A stretch of DNA of 62,286 bases, counting the filler, from Sphacelaria rigidula (taxonomy: Eukaryota), in the NCBI GenBank assembly GCA_964200075.2. It is 10 parts of 10 records of this genome, joined end to end, with 100 filler letters (N's around TTAATTAATTAA, not from the genome) between each part and the next. Parts side by side here need not be neighbours in the genome. Positions count along the whole stretch, not along the records: positions 6,240 to 12,378 come from CAXNAA020021979.1; positions 12,479 to 18,617 come from CAXNAA020021980.1; positions 18,718 to 24,856 come from CAXNAA020021981.1; 7 more parts are not named here. One strand, 5' to 3'. The notes under the pieces are model-generated. The model was not told where the DNA came from and did no database searches. It worked only from the letters and a program-made list of their open reading frames with translations. Below, in pieces: positions 11,141-23,524 of the stretch. The first letter of the stretch is position 1; each line of letters begins with the position of its first letter. The position numbers were made by a program, and so were the translations under genes.

Positions 11141-12378
11141 AGGGGGGAGGGGGGGGAGGGGCGTACCTATATGTTGCTTGCCTTAGTCGTCTGACCATTG
11201 ATCACGCATCTCTTTCGAGACGGACCACCGTTCCTACTCCTACTAGAGTCACCTCCAACATTCCGGCACTCATAACGTTTTTTTTCCATATATTACACGA
11301 AAACCTTTTGCATATCTCATCCCCGTCAGGTGTCGCCGTCTGTGGCCACCATCTACCTCCTAGTACAACCATCGTTTTCTTCCTACTATCTAATGCATCA
11401 GACGATTCCATGTCACCTTCGTTCACGTCTCGCATTTCCTCCTCTAGCACGTCCCGTTCCTCCCTGTATAGTTCACATTCTGCCATCATATCACGTCAGC
11501 TTTCTATTGCTTTGCCACAGGGGCAGTTCTGTCCATCTACTTCCTCCTCCTTTCGACGACTGGTACATCTCCTTTCTGGCTGGTCCAGGTCCCCCACCCG
11601 AAATCGCAGTTTCATATTTTTCGCAGCGTTCATGGAACCATGCAGATATGCTTTCATCCCGATCCCCTTTCTCAACCCCCCGTATCTTTCCAGATGTTCC
11701 TCCTCGTCTACTTGGCGTCTGAGCGCTTCTTTTCCCCTTATTTTTATCACGTCCCTTACTTTTGTCTTGTACCCCGCGCCTTCATCCATGGACTATGGAC
11801 AGTATTTCGTCTTGGTTTCCTCTCATCTCCTTCCATAATTTCTCGACTTCCCTATCCCACCTTACTCCAGCCATCCCTTTCGTAGTTTTCTTCCATACAA
11901 CCCTATCAACTATAGCTAGCAATCCCTTTCTCTGCATGTTCTTCAAGCTATACTCCCATCGCATATTTTCTTCATGTCTCTGTTGAAACTGAGTCCATTC
12001 CCAACTCTGCTTTCAGTGCTGTTTTACTCGTCGTTTTCGATCATTCACGTATTTTCTTAGCTGCCGCCGCCATCTGTAATGTTTTCAACTTTTTCGCCAA
12101 CTTCACGTTCCCTTCCCATACTTCTCCTGCATATTCCAGCTTTGGTACGATCACGTTTATGAGGATACATGACTGATTCCTAGTGTCTAGGGGCGGGTCT
12201 CTGAGGATCACGCCCATTGTGCTTATCTGTGCCTTACCCTTCCTCTGACTTTAGTTATGTGTGCATCCCAAGAACAGTGTTTTGAGATCTCTACACCAAG
12301 GTATGTATACTGGTCTACGATCGGTAGTTCCTCTTTTCCCCACTTCCATTTGAATCCTACCGGATTTTTCCTACCTTC
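11141..12378 (-). mobile_element. Decayed non-LTR retrotransposon (LINE): ORF2 3' part (RT end/thumb, CxC Zn-knuckle remnant) and 3' terminus
   Basis: Frameshifted translation WKWGKEELPIVDQYTYLGVEISK..SWDAHI, IVPKLEYAGEVW, ALKAELG, LRFRVG, NCPCGKAIES*RDMMAEC...ERDA*. The stop is followed by ~40 nt and a C-rich tract. Cut by the contig end. Confidence 0.9.
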
Positions 12379-14293
12379 NNNNNNNNNNNNNNNNNNNNNN
12401 NNNNNNNNNNNNNNNNNNNNNNTTAATTAATTAANNNNNNNNNNNNNNNNNNNNNNNNNNNNNNNNNNNNNNNNNNNNCGTCCTATCTTCCTCTTCAGAA
12501 CATTTGCTTTTTTTGCATCTCGGATGGGGTACAACTCCCCCCCCACCCCCCCCCCCCATGAGAAAGGATCGCAGGTTTACGGGCGGGATATTCCCGAGAT
12601 ATAGACACCAGCGCTTCTGCCCTGCGACGGAGCTTCGTCCTTCCTAACATGCACGAATTTCAGCTTATATCAGCGGGCGCAATCGATCGTGTGTGTGAAG
12701 AAACTGCCAAGACATAAGTCGGAGTCGGGATGCCACGTACGATGCCGTCGATCGACTTCGGCTCAGCAGCCATGATTGCGCGGATGTGCTGCTGTGACAC
12801 GGCGGGCCGGGTTTGTAGGAGGCTAAACTTTCTAAAATACGCCAGTTGCGTTCCTCATTTTATTTCACCATTGTTGCGTGAACAGATGTGATGGCAGGAA
12901 CAATATGGGTGTAAATAGAACTTGGGTTTGGTTGAAGCCATCATTGAATTTCACGACGGAGATATGTATTGTGCATGAAATCCCGCAACATGAAACGCTC
13001 GCATCCGCTCCGATTCGTGTAAGTATGGCTGCATTCTTCAACCAACTGCTTGCGATTGAAAAGCACCATGCTCCCCACCAATTGAGATTCCGATAACTGA
13101 CCTTTTGGGGTCTCGTAGAAAAATCGATGAAGGGGAGTTGACGCGAACAAGTGAGGTTAAAAAGGAATTTTGGTGAGGTGGAATCTTGGTAATCCGACAA
13201 AACACAATCGTTCAGTGCGCCGAAATGTCGCTTGTCCCTACCCTTAAGTGTGTGGCGTGTGGTAGTTCTTAATAGCTACCCGTCGGCGAAGGAAGTCATC
13301 ATATTTCGCTAAACCATACGATGAGTGCAGCATGCAGTACATGGCAGTCATGTCCTTTCAAGTTTTCCGCGCGGCAGTAAGCGTAGCCCGTGAGGTAGGC
13401 TCCGTTTAAGGTCTGTACCACGCACAACGAGTTCCGTGCAGTAGGAAAAGTGCAACCGGGTATCTTTCGTAGGGCCTACTGTACGGACTGTCTTGTGCCC
13501 AATATGCCATATTTATTGCTGCGAACGATGACAATAAATTACTACTGTGACCCACGGTTGACGGGGTGCGACTCCTGCCCGCATGGTTGGTATACCGTCG
13601 ATGCGACGATAATAATCCACCCCCCGCGCCGAATGTTACCCATATTGCTTCTGCTATCACCGTGTATGCCATCGAGCGCAGATGGGAAGGATTGGAGCGG
13701 AGAAACACTGCGCGTCGGTGACAAGGGGCGCCAGCTCCAGTAGCAGGAGCGGTATACCCCACCTACGCACCCGGCTGTATGGCGGCGAACGAGAGAAGGG
13801 ACGCGGCCCGATCATATCGTGATGCCACTTCCGGCGATGAACCGTCACCGGGTATCACGAGCGATGGCACACCGGTCGCCGACGGCGAGCGCCTACCGTC
13901 GTTGGCGTGCGGCACCCGCCGACGAAGTCGCCGACAGTCTGGCGCGCGAAACGGAGGTAGCGCGGATATGCTGCCGGAATTCCTGTCAGGAGGGCAACGG
14001 CCTACGCCACCCGCCTCTATTGAAGAACCGCGTGCTGGGCGGGCCGACGGGCATATCCTCAAAAGGCGGAAACAGGTGTCGCTGTCATGCAGAAAAGCGG
14101 TATGTGGTGCCACGGAAGCGTGGCCGACGCGCTGTCCGGTGTGTCCCGGCAATCCCCTGCACTCCGGCAATTTACTGCGCTGCGCGTGTCACCGGCGGCC
14201 GCTGGACACACGAGGCTCCGAACCCTAATTTCGGCATCTTCCCGATGACGAGGCGGTCGCCGACGCGGCGGCAAAGACGGTAGTTGTGCCGGG

Positions 14294-15640
14294 TTGTGTG
14301 TCGAGCCGCGGATGTCTGTGTTTTGCCCCCGATTCTTCTATGCCCTCCGGAGGAGAAAGAAGCTGAAGGAAGAGCGGGCGGCAGCGAAGTGCATAACATG
14401 CTGCCGGACGCCAAAGATGGAGTTGAAGCGGGCCGGGAAACAAATTCGACTCATGCAAGAATTCTTCCGTGCGACGGATGCTGGGGCGATGCACCGGGGT
14501 GGAGAGAGCATCAATCTAGACGCAGACAGTCGCCTCTGCAAAAGCTGCCTGTCGAGATTTAGCAGGGAAGTCGAGAGCACATTGTTCAAGAGGGGTGAGG
14601 ACGACAAATGGACGGGTGACCAATACTTCCTGCGCCTCGACACGTCCGACGCTCCTGGGACAGGGGCGGCTGCCGCTGTCTCTCACATTGCCACGCGAAA
14701 CGTGGCCGCCAAGATTGCCACCGGGCGCGTTCTCGATCTGGGCGACGCCATGAATATCGTACGGCAGGCGCGTAGCCAAGCGGGATTAAACGATGTTGGC
14801 GAGAGGATGTTGAGTGACCATGCCACCACGATCCTCGACCAACTCGCCTCCGCTGTCAGCGGCGTTCACCCCCTCTCCTTTTCTGAGGGTGTTGTCGGTC
14901 AAGACAGCAGGCGGAGATTTAGGGTGCTCATACCGCTCATATCCGATGAGTGGTGTATTGCAAACCTCTACGCCAGCAAGCGCGAACTTCGGCGTGACAA
15001 GAAATGACGAGAAGCAGCGCTTTCACGTGCGGGGGGCGAAGGGGGGCGCGCTGTTGCTCCGGAGCAAGTTCCGGTGGGCGGAGGGAACGGGAATATGGGG
15101 ATGATAACGCCGGCGGCGAGCATGCTGCGGAGGAGCATGTTCGGGTGTGCGGAATGGGCGAAGACACGTTTTCCTCGAGGTGAGGCCCTTGCCGCCAGTA
15201 TGCAGACTTCCCCGTTGAATTGACGACCTCCATCGTCTCGATTGTGCGGGATGAATTTGGACACCGCCACACGGGCAACCGGTGCAGATGCCGACCAATA
15301 TTCGGAAGCCGCCGTGTTCACTCACGTATATGTTGGGTACGATGATGGCGAAGAAAGTTCTAGGAAGTTCCTTCATGCCCGAGCACTACATGCAGTTGTC
15401 CCAGGCCTTGAAAGCGCATGGAGCGGGGGAGAAGGTTACGCGCCTACTGTCGGTGCTAAACATTTGCATGTCTGACAAGCAGAGATGGACGCATGGGAAT
15501 GTAGTGGCGACCAGGAAGAATGAGGACCTCATCCCGGCGGACGGAAACATCGGCGTCTCAGCAGGACTCGACAACAACGACTGCAACCCCGTCGCCGAGT
15601 TCAAATTCATTTCCGCGGAATACTGCTCATTCATAGGGCC
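14294..15640 (+). pseudogene. Decayed intronless transposase-like gene (unclassified, DUF6589-like motif order)
   Basis: GC-rich, frameshifted ORFs: CITCC...LCKSCLSRF Zn-like motif, then FMPEHYMQLSQALKAHGAGEKVTRLLSVLNICMS...AGLDNND. Confidence 0.45.
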
Positions 15641-18581
15641 CACCTCGCATCACCTGTTACGGATCGCGGCATGGCGTGGCGGATAAAGGGTAATACGATG
15701 ATGGGCCGTCGGTTTCAAAACGACACTACGCCCGGAGGGCTGATTGCGGGAACTGGCTAATACCGCAATCAGGGATGAAGGCGTTTGTGATCCGTCAAGA
15801 GACGGAATACATCAACATGCCTCTTTACATCTGGTTGGATCCGGTTCTTTCCAAGGATCGATCCAACAAGCACCCTGGTGTTTTACTTCTTCTCTGAAGT
15901 ACCAAGTGAAGACCACCAAGAGAAAAGAGAAATCGGATCGGCCTGAAGCTGTGATCGAGATATCGTGACGTTCGTCGTGTATCGTTCTGCGTTGGACTTT
16001 CCCACGTGCTGTGAGCTTACGATTGTTTCAAGAATAACGGTGAGACTGTAACGATGTTTGATTGAGGTAATAAGCAGATACAAGAAGATCGGCATGATAG
16101 TGAAACGAGCTTTGTGCACAAATGGAATGGTGAAATGTGTAACCATATAGTAAAAGTAAGTCATATCATGCATGAGCTAGCGAGACATCGTAACTTGCAT
16201 GACCGAAATGCTATTGTTGTTCGCTCTAGTACTCGACTTGTACACTAGAGATACACAATGCGACAACAACTATGAACAACATCTATTCTGTTTGTAACAT
16301 GGTGCTTTCAACCGGGACTATTGTGTCGACTGTTGTCATCCGTGACAAATTGATCACTCCTCTTGCGATTTTCCGAAATGCGCTCCTTCAACAACGCATA
16401 CGCCACCGTGATGTTTCGGTCCCCATATATGAAGATTCGTTGTTCGCCTCAAACGAGAACCCCGCATGTGATGACGAATTTTGCCGTCTGAGAATGACGA
16501 ATGAACGAACTGGTCCTCGGTCAATCTCGTGTGCGCTTGAACGCGCTGTCGGCTGTGTTTATCCTACGTCACCTGAAGATGCGTGTCCACAGCGTTAGCA
16601 CAGCGGTTATTGCCAAACGACTGAGTTTGACGTTTGGGGTGCGCCCGTAACAGCGGTTACAGCTGTTCAGGTTGTGTTCATACTGCATACCGTAGAGTCA
16701 ACATGAAAGATGCGTATAGTCTATATATTTTACAGTATAACCGCGGAGGGTTTGAAAGTTCAACTGATCCCACTGCGTCCATTACTCGAGTCCATGTGTT
16801 TGAAGAACTTGGCGATGTCATCAGTCAACTTCTCCCTGCCATGACAAGCTACAACCAAGGGAAGGAAAGATAATGATGGCTCGGCCTGAAGACATCGTGC
16901 TACCCGCTTGCATTCATTTCACGGTTTACTAGATACCGTTTGGATAACGATTGCCTCATGCTGCATCTGGGTAAGAGCCAATGTTGTGATGAATCGTGGG
17001 TGCAGTGAAACGGAAACGTTGGACTGTTTGTGCAGCCCAATGCATATACAGTATATGCCGAAATGATGTTGAGTTCATTGCTGTTCGCGAGAGTCAAGCT
17101 GCCGCATCCATGCAGCGCTTATTCTCGTCCACGTGAAGCCGCGTTTCTACGGCATCTAGGCAGGAATACTATGTGTCTGCAAAAAGCGCACACATGTATG
17201 TCTGTATTGCATGGTGAGGGGGATGCCGTTTCAATCTTGCCTGCTTTATTTGAAGCTTGCTGTGCCCAGCTGAAACTCGGAGGTAGCTTACACCATGCTG
17301 TTTGAATCAAACGTTTGATGTACTGTACTGTCTGGTGCTGTTGAAGGTGCATATATATGTGGGCATTCAACAGGACAGCGGGCATTTGAAGCGTAATTCC
17401 CCGCCCGAAGTAGCCACGTGGATCAGTCGACAAGCGTTGTTTCAAGCATAATCGATCTGCTGCTATCCAATCTTGCTTTTGCCTTGACACGTTGTAACCG
17501 AGAGGCGAACTGCCAAACAGATAGTGAGTGCGGCGCACGTAGGCGTACACGGGGAAACATGATGTTACATGAAGCTAGGGAGGGTATCACCTGCGACCAC
17601 GTAAAAGACTATGCTATGCTATGCTTGCTTCACACGCCGTGGTAGGTCAAATACTTCGCATACAGCAATGGAAACGTCGAAGCGGTGTGATCTCCCTTAC
17701 TCCTTGAATTAAAGCTTGCTCCCACGAGTGAGTGCACAGGACCGAAATGTGAAAGCCGATCGTGCAAGGAGCTGTGAGATGGGACAGCTTGATGCTTGCT
17801 TTATACATCACAACATCATGGTTGACGCCAAGATGAAATGATTCTCTACACCGCTTTGCTGCATTCTTGGATGCCATAACTGCTGTACGCCCGAGTCCTG
17901 CTGTGTAACGCAGCTGCTCAGTTTTACTGTAGGCTCTGATTTCGCCGTGTGATGAGACAACGCCATGCTTGCTTTATAGCCGTGACAGGTCAAATCTTGT
18001 CGTGTAGACCTGATTGAGTAGAGTCACGGTGGATACTAGGATTGCATGACTTTCCACACTGATTTGCTAAATATTTCCATACAACAGCTGCTGTATGTTT
18101 TCAGCTGTGCGATGCAGCTGAAAGGAGCGACGCTATGCTGCCTCACACATCAAGCTTGCTGTTTACTGTATTCGCCACACGTGAGTTTGCACTGCAACTC
18201 AAAATGAAGTGAAACCACTGTACCCGTTTCACACACCCCGTTTATTGACGCCAGCTGGGCTTGAAGTTTGAAGGTAACCGCAAATTGTGCGAACTGAGGC
18301 TTAACTCCGAGATGAGGTTCAAGTGGGCAACCCGACTTGCGAACTGTTTGTAGTAGAAGTACCGAGGACAAGCTCTTATTCGGGAGAAGTAACCTGTGGA
18401 GGTGAACCCGTAACGCGTCATATTCGGTACGTCGAAGAATCGAGAGAAGTAAGTCGGGTGAGCATTATTGTTACTGTACACCACAGGGAAAAAGGTGGCA
18501 GCGCACGGATCCCATGTCTTGCGCTAAGCTCCCCCCCTCGGGCTGCGCCAGCGCGAGGAACAGCACCTCGATCATGCCCGA

Positions 18582-18617
18582 CGGGGTGGTGTACTCATGA
18601 TCATGCATGCCATAGTC
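18582..18617 (-). repeat. LINE 3' terminus at contig end
   Basis: GGGGTGGTGTACTCATGATCATGCATGCCATAGTC, cut by the spacer. Confidence 0.75.
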
Positions 18618-18889
18618 NNNNNNNNNNNNNNNNNNNNNNNNNNNNNNNNNNNNNNNNNNNNTTAATTAATTAANNNNNNNNNNNNNNNNNNNNNNNNNNN
18701 NNNNNNNNNNNNNNNNNGCGGGCGGGGGGTGTTGAGTTTTTTCAAAAAGCAACCATTTTCCCCCCCCCCCCCCCCCCCAAAAGAGTACCCCCCCCCCCCC
18801 CCCCCCACACACCAATTAGTATCGTCGCCACGCCTGACATATTCTCTGGATTATGGCAGTCTGATGTGAGAATACGCGTATGGCTAAAA

Positions 18890-18940
18890 GGGAAGGGGGT
18901 GTACTCACGATCTTTCATGCCGTAGTCGTCAGACCATCGG
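18890..18940 (-). repeat. Diverged LINE 3' terminus
   Basis: GGGGGTGTACTCACGATCTTTCATGCCGTAGTCGTCAGACCATCG. Confidence 0.65.
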
Positions 18941-19278
18941 CCTTGCCTACCTACAAAGCTGGGACGGAGCACACCGGGTTTTCGCCGGACCAGCCTTGTA
19001 ATCAACAAGCGCGAAGCTCCGTTATGTGTTCTGCGAGTCGCATGAAGGGTGAGCTGCATCCTGCTAAGATTGTTCGGTCCGAAGCCGACTGATTATTATC
19101 TTGCATATGGATGACAGCCTTGAGCGAATTGCTCCATTTTCTGGTATCTCCACTTCTAGCGACAGCCACGGGTCACTCTGCCTCATGCGTGGCTCACTGT
19201 TGCATTACCTGGACGGAAAACTCCCGGATGGGAACCCCCCCGCAACCGAAAAACCCAACGTGAATCATTACATCACAG

Positions 19279-19405
19279 ATGGGAGAAGGCGAAAAAGGCG
19301 CGCGAAGAAAAGGCCGCCCTCGAGGAGCAGGCCAAGGTGGAGGCCGCAAAGGCCAAGGCTGCATCTCTGGGACCCATAGCTGCAGACGCCGCCGCGGAAG
19401 AGGAG
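19279..19405 (+). CDS. Exon of charged helical protein (WEKAKKAREEKAALEEQAKVEAAKAKAASLGPIAADAAAEEE)
   Basis: cacag| acceptor and GAG|gtgggg donor, GC3-rich codons, ends in phase 0. Confidence 0.65.
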
Positions 19406-19539
19406 GTGGGGAGCAAAACATTTTGTACCTTGTTTTGTGAAGCGTTTCGCGCAAACACGTGTACGCTTGCACATACCGTCATCACCCGGGTGGTAGCCAC
19501 TCCCCCCCACCCGCTGCTGTCTTAGCACGGTGTGATATG

Positions 19540-19988
19540 TGACGGTCGAGTTTTAAAATGCCTCGCGACCCGAAGCTATGACCTCGGCTACTGCGCCATT
19601 TTATTTGCTTTTCCGGCATGCTTTCAACCCTTGTTACCCCTACTCTTTCTCGGGACGAGTTCGTGGTCGCGAGAGATCTATCAACTCGTCTCCCCCTTGT
19701 GCAGGACATGCCTTGCGCCTTCGCCTCGCGGATTGGGTCAGCACTCCCGCACCGCGTCAGCTCTCGTCCTACAGTGTCGGTCAACTGCTTTTTGCTTACT
19801 TTGCTCACGTACTCCCGCTTTCGACCGTGGAAATCAGATACTTCCAAAAAAAATAATGAAAAATATGTAATGCATAATATATGACCTTAACGATGGAACC
19901 AGATTCTGCGAGAAAAAAGGGCCTGTCGGGATTTGAACTCGTGACATCCATGACTGAAGTGTCCTGTATCACTTAGATTACAGGGGCA
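19540..19988 (-). mobile_element. Probable tRNA-derived SINE (head 19919-19988; body shared with 43940-44222)
   Basis: The minus strand reads GCCCCTGTAATCTAAGTGA...GAGTTCAAATCCCG (degenerate A/B boxes). Body blocks CTCGGGACGAGT, TTGGGTCAGCA.TCCCG.ACCGCGTCAGCTCTCG and GAAATCAG.TACT recur in contig 8. Confidence 0.6.
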
Positions 19989-20344
19989 CAGCGGTGTCAT
20001 GAAAAAAGTTCCACGTTGGGCACACTTTTACGAGTTTTGAGACGAGATTTTACCAGGATCTTTTGCGCGCAAGCACAAAATTCGTTATGGGGGATGCCGC
20101 CGTTTTTTTCACAGAGTTATACCGTTTTCCAGTTTTCGCTGAGATTTCAAATAGCTCCAACTTTCTGCTTTTTCTTGTTTTCATGGCATCCCGAAGATGT
20201 TGCGCGTGTTGATGATAAAATATGGGCCAAAATTTCAGCGCCGAACTCCTCAAATTGAGCACCGCGTCACCCGATTATCGACAAAAAACACTATCGGCTG
20301 GCCCAACTCTTGCTAACGAGTGAGCTATCTTGTTGTCTTGGCTG

Positions 20345-20470
20345 TCAGTGTACCGATCGATCTACATTTATTATTATTACCATCGTTTCCGCTCATCAGT
20401 CGGATCTCTCGAACCCGTGGCCACAGAGACGTAGACTCGTCTTTTCCATACCGTCCCTACTATTCCTTGC
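20345..20470 (+). repeat. Dispersed repeat, inverted copy at 57270-57390
   Basis: GATCGATC...TTATTATTA...GTTTCCGC.CAT.AGTC.GATCTC.CGAACCCGTGG.CACAGA..CGTAG.CTCG shared between the two. Confidence 0.7.
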
Positions 20471-20569
20471 AAGACATAGAGTCTTCGTCATCTTGTTTTA
20501 GACTTCAGTCTGATTACAAGAACAACATGGCGTCAATTTTGTGATTACAAAAGAAGAATGTCAGATATC

Positions 20570-20707
20570 CACACCCTGGACAAAATAATACACAGTCAAA
20601 AAGTGTACCGCGTACAGTATCGACTATTGCGCCTATCGTAGTAGACAATACATTCCATGCTGTACGCAGTACATTTTTTTACAATAGAATCTATTGTCCA
20701 GGGTGTG
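20570..20707. mobile_element. 138-bp MITE, TIR CACACCCTGGACAA
   Basis: CACACCCTGGACAA...TTGTCCAGGGTGTG. AGATATC occurs on both flanks. Other copies at 22097, 34267 and 57031. Confidence 0.85.
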
Positions 20708-21453
20708 AAGATATCACAGGATGTATGTTCTAATTTTCGATTTTCATCAGGATCGTTTTTTTCTCTTTTTTTTTTTTGTCCCTCTTTCTTCTACTTCTTC
20801 TTTGTTCCTTTCCTTTCCTTGTTTCTGCTTGTCTCTGCTTGTTTCTGTTTCTTTTTGTTGTTGTGTTTGTTCATCTTCCGTATCTTCGGAAAAAAAATCT
20901 TCCTTCTTTTTTTTGTGAGCGTTTCCGTTTTGTTCACCCTGTGCACGTCCCCTGTTCCTGTGGATGATGACCACGACTGGGCCCCTTGAGCATCGGTTGA
21001 TGTGCGACAAGGAAGCAAGCAATCAATCAAAACTGTGCGTGATTTTTTTTTTTTTCGCTCTGTGTCGTCCGTAGAAAATATTTTCACGTGTGCAAAAACA
21101 TAGATGGGTCCATGAACGAGCGGCAGGAGACCTTCCCCACGGAGGTTGCAGAGGTGTCCTGTCCTGTCCTGCCCGTCTACGCGACTCGTTTCTGGGCTTG
21201 CAAAAGCTAGCTGCACGGAGCGAAATCCCTCTCTTGAGAAGAACAGCGTGCAAACTGTCTGTGACTACTGTACAACATGTAAATCTTTATTCATCATTTA
21301 GCCGCGTGTCGTCGTAATTCACGGGGTCTGCAATTTTGGGTGGTCACTACTTTCCTTGGTTTTTTCATATCCTGCTTCACGATTCGGCCACTGGTTCGAC
21401 TTCGGTACATACATGCATATACATAGATACATATATATATATATATATATATA

Positions 21454-21749
21454 AAGTGTTTTCGTGAAACTGAGAGTGGAGGATACGATTGAGAGCGAAA
21501 GGCGGTCAATTAGTGAATTCATCGTTTCAGTTCCGAGAAGCCCCTCCACGAGGCCCAATATGCTTTCTGTAGTAGCTTGCCACTGAGGCCCTTAATATCC
21601 CTGAGTAGGATATCGACGTGTAGCTGTGAGGTCACGCGAGTGATGGAGGCAAAGACAAGCACACACGGAATGAAGATTCGTCTAAGTTAACGCCAGTGAT
21701 CGAAACCACTCTCAATCAGCGCGCTGCTCTCAATCTCACGAAAACCTTG
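21454..21749. mobile_element. ~300-bp MITE with CAGTGTTTTCGTGAGATTGA-type TIR (Tc1/mariner-like); second copy 44420-44720
   Basis: Colinear with the contig 8 copy along its full length. Inverted ends GTGTTTTCGTGAAACTGAGAG / CTCTCAATCTCACGAAAAC. Sits next to a (TA)n tract. Confidence 0.8.
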
Positions 21750-21837
21750 TTATACACGTACATAGATACAGACATCGATACGTACATAAATACATACATC
21801 GATACGTACATAGATACATCGACAGACGCACACACAC

Positions 21838-21880
<43 letters not shown>

Positions 21881-22096
21881 CAGATAGACAGACAGACAGA
21901 TACACATATACTGGAACATGTACTGGAACAAATACATATTCATATACTGGTACATCGGTTGATGTTGATTTGATTGATTGTCGCACCTTTACTGATCCCC
22001 CATGGATTTAACCGTGGTCACATGATAGACGTACTCGAGACTAAACAGTGACACACTCGATCAAGAATTTACTGGTACAAACACTGGTATGTATAC

Positions 22097-22234
22097 CACA
22101 CCCGGGACAATAGATTCTATTGTAAAAAATTGTACTGCATACAGTATCAACTATTGCGCCTATTGCAACAGACAATAGATTTCATACTGTACGCAGTACA
22201 TTTTTTTACAATAGAATCTATTGTCCAGGGTGTG
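22097..22234. mobile_element. 138-bp hairpin MITE, same family as 20570-20707
   Basis: ~50-bp near-perfect inverted arms. TATGTATAC occurs on both flanks, offset by one A on the right. Confidence 0.85.
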
Positions 22235-22640
22235 ATATGTATACTTATATGTATACATGTACATGTACATGTGCACATACATATGCAGATACATATACAT
22301 ATGCATATACATGCATGCATGCATTTACATGCACATATACGTATACACGTACATTTACATGTACATATACATATGCAGATACGTATACATATGCAGATAC
22401 ATACGCATATACACATATACGTGTACATAGAAATACACACATGTAGATACATTTACATTTACATATGCATATGCATATACATATACATGGAAATATAGAT
22501 ACATACATATAGATACCGATACAGATACAGATACATATTCATACATGTATATATACACCTACACCTACACATACATATACATATATACACATACATACAC
22601 ACGATACACGATGCACAATACGCAATGCACAATACATATC
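22235..22640. repeat. Degenerate (ACATAT/ACATAC)n low-complexity tract
   Basis: Directly visible. A similar tract lies at 21750-21950. Confidence 0.9.
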
Positions 22641-22994
22641 CTCTTGTTTGAGCAAGCTTGCATTTACCTCCCGTGGATCCCATCAACACACTTGGACCAC
22701 TTGTGTCCCTCCTTTTTTTCACACTTTTTCTTGATTGCTTTTTTTGCTGCCATGTTCCTGCTCATTCTATCGTTTTTATTCCTTTGATTATCGTTGTGCA
22801 TACTGCAAATTGTGTTTTTGCTTTAAAAAAGAGAATAAACTTATTCAATCCGTTTTCATTTTTCTGTTTATTTTTTTTCTTCGTCCTGTTTTTGTTTAAA
22901 CTTTCTTTTTCTTGGTTTGAATATGTTCTCTCTTTTTTTTATTTCTTTTGTGTTTTCCCCCGTTGTGTCACCTCCTTCTTGCCCCTAACAGCAG

Positions 22995-23057
22995 TTGAAG
23001 AAAAAGAACGACGCCGCCCGTAAGGCCAAAGAAAAACCAGCGGCCGTAGTGCTCAAG
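22995..23057 (+). CDS. Exon of charged helical protein (LKKKNDAARKAKEKPAAVVLK)
   Basis: ctaacagcag| acceptor (tandem NAGNAG) and AAG|gtatgt donor, 63 nt, phase 0-0. Confidence 0.65.
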
Positions 23058-23487
23058 GTATGTACATGTGTACGTATACCTATATATGTGTGCATTTTTT
23101 ATCGGAGTGGGTGTTCGACAAGTGCCCGATGTATGCGTGACCCTCCTGAGGGGCGCGCGCGACATGGATATGTGACGGTTTGGGAGGATGGCGAAATGTC
23201 AAGGTACGGTAAGACAGCCACAGCCACAGCCACGACTACGACTAAACTGCATCGCTTCGATTTCATTGTTTATTTTTTATTCCCATATGAACCCTGCACG
23301 GGAGTCAGATGCTATTAATCATACATCCGACATATCTTACAGGGGGTTGGGAATGGAGTGACGAGCCAGCAGGTCTGTACAAGCAACAAGGCGACGTCTT
23401 TCGATTTCTTGTTGTTGGTAATGGTAGTGGTAGTAGTGGTGATAGTGGTGACGGTGGCGTCGGTGGTGGGATTTGTAGTGGTAGAGA

Positions 23488-23523
<36 letters not shown>

Positions 23524-23524
23524 C
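23488..23524. repeat. (GTT)n microsatellite
   Basis: Directly visible, preceded by degenerate (GGT/AGT)n. Confidence 0.95.

Noticed and set aside
10840..11838. Longest ORF in the track (332 aa, + strand)
   Set aside because: It is the antisense shadow of the decayed LINE ORF2 on the minus strand.
19008..19048. Possible upstream exon (AKLRYVFCESHEG) phase-compatible with 19279
   Set aside because: Good GTGAGC donor but only a weak AAG acceptor and an in-frame stop just upstream. Not enough support to call.
20657..23023. Hydrophobic, His/Ile- or Lys-rich ORFs (also 56454-57052)
   Set aside because: Translations of T-rich or (CATA)n low-complexity DNA.
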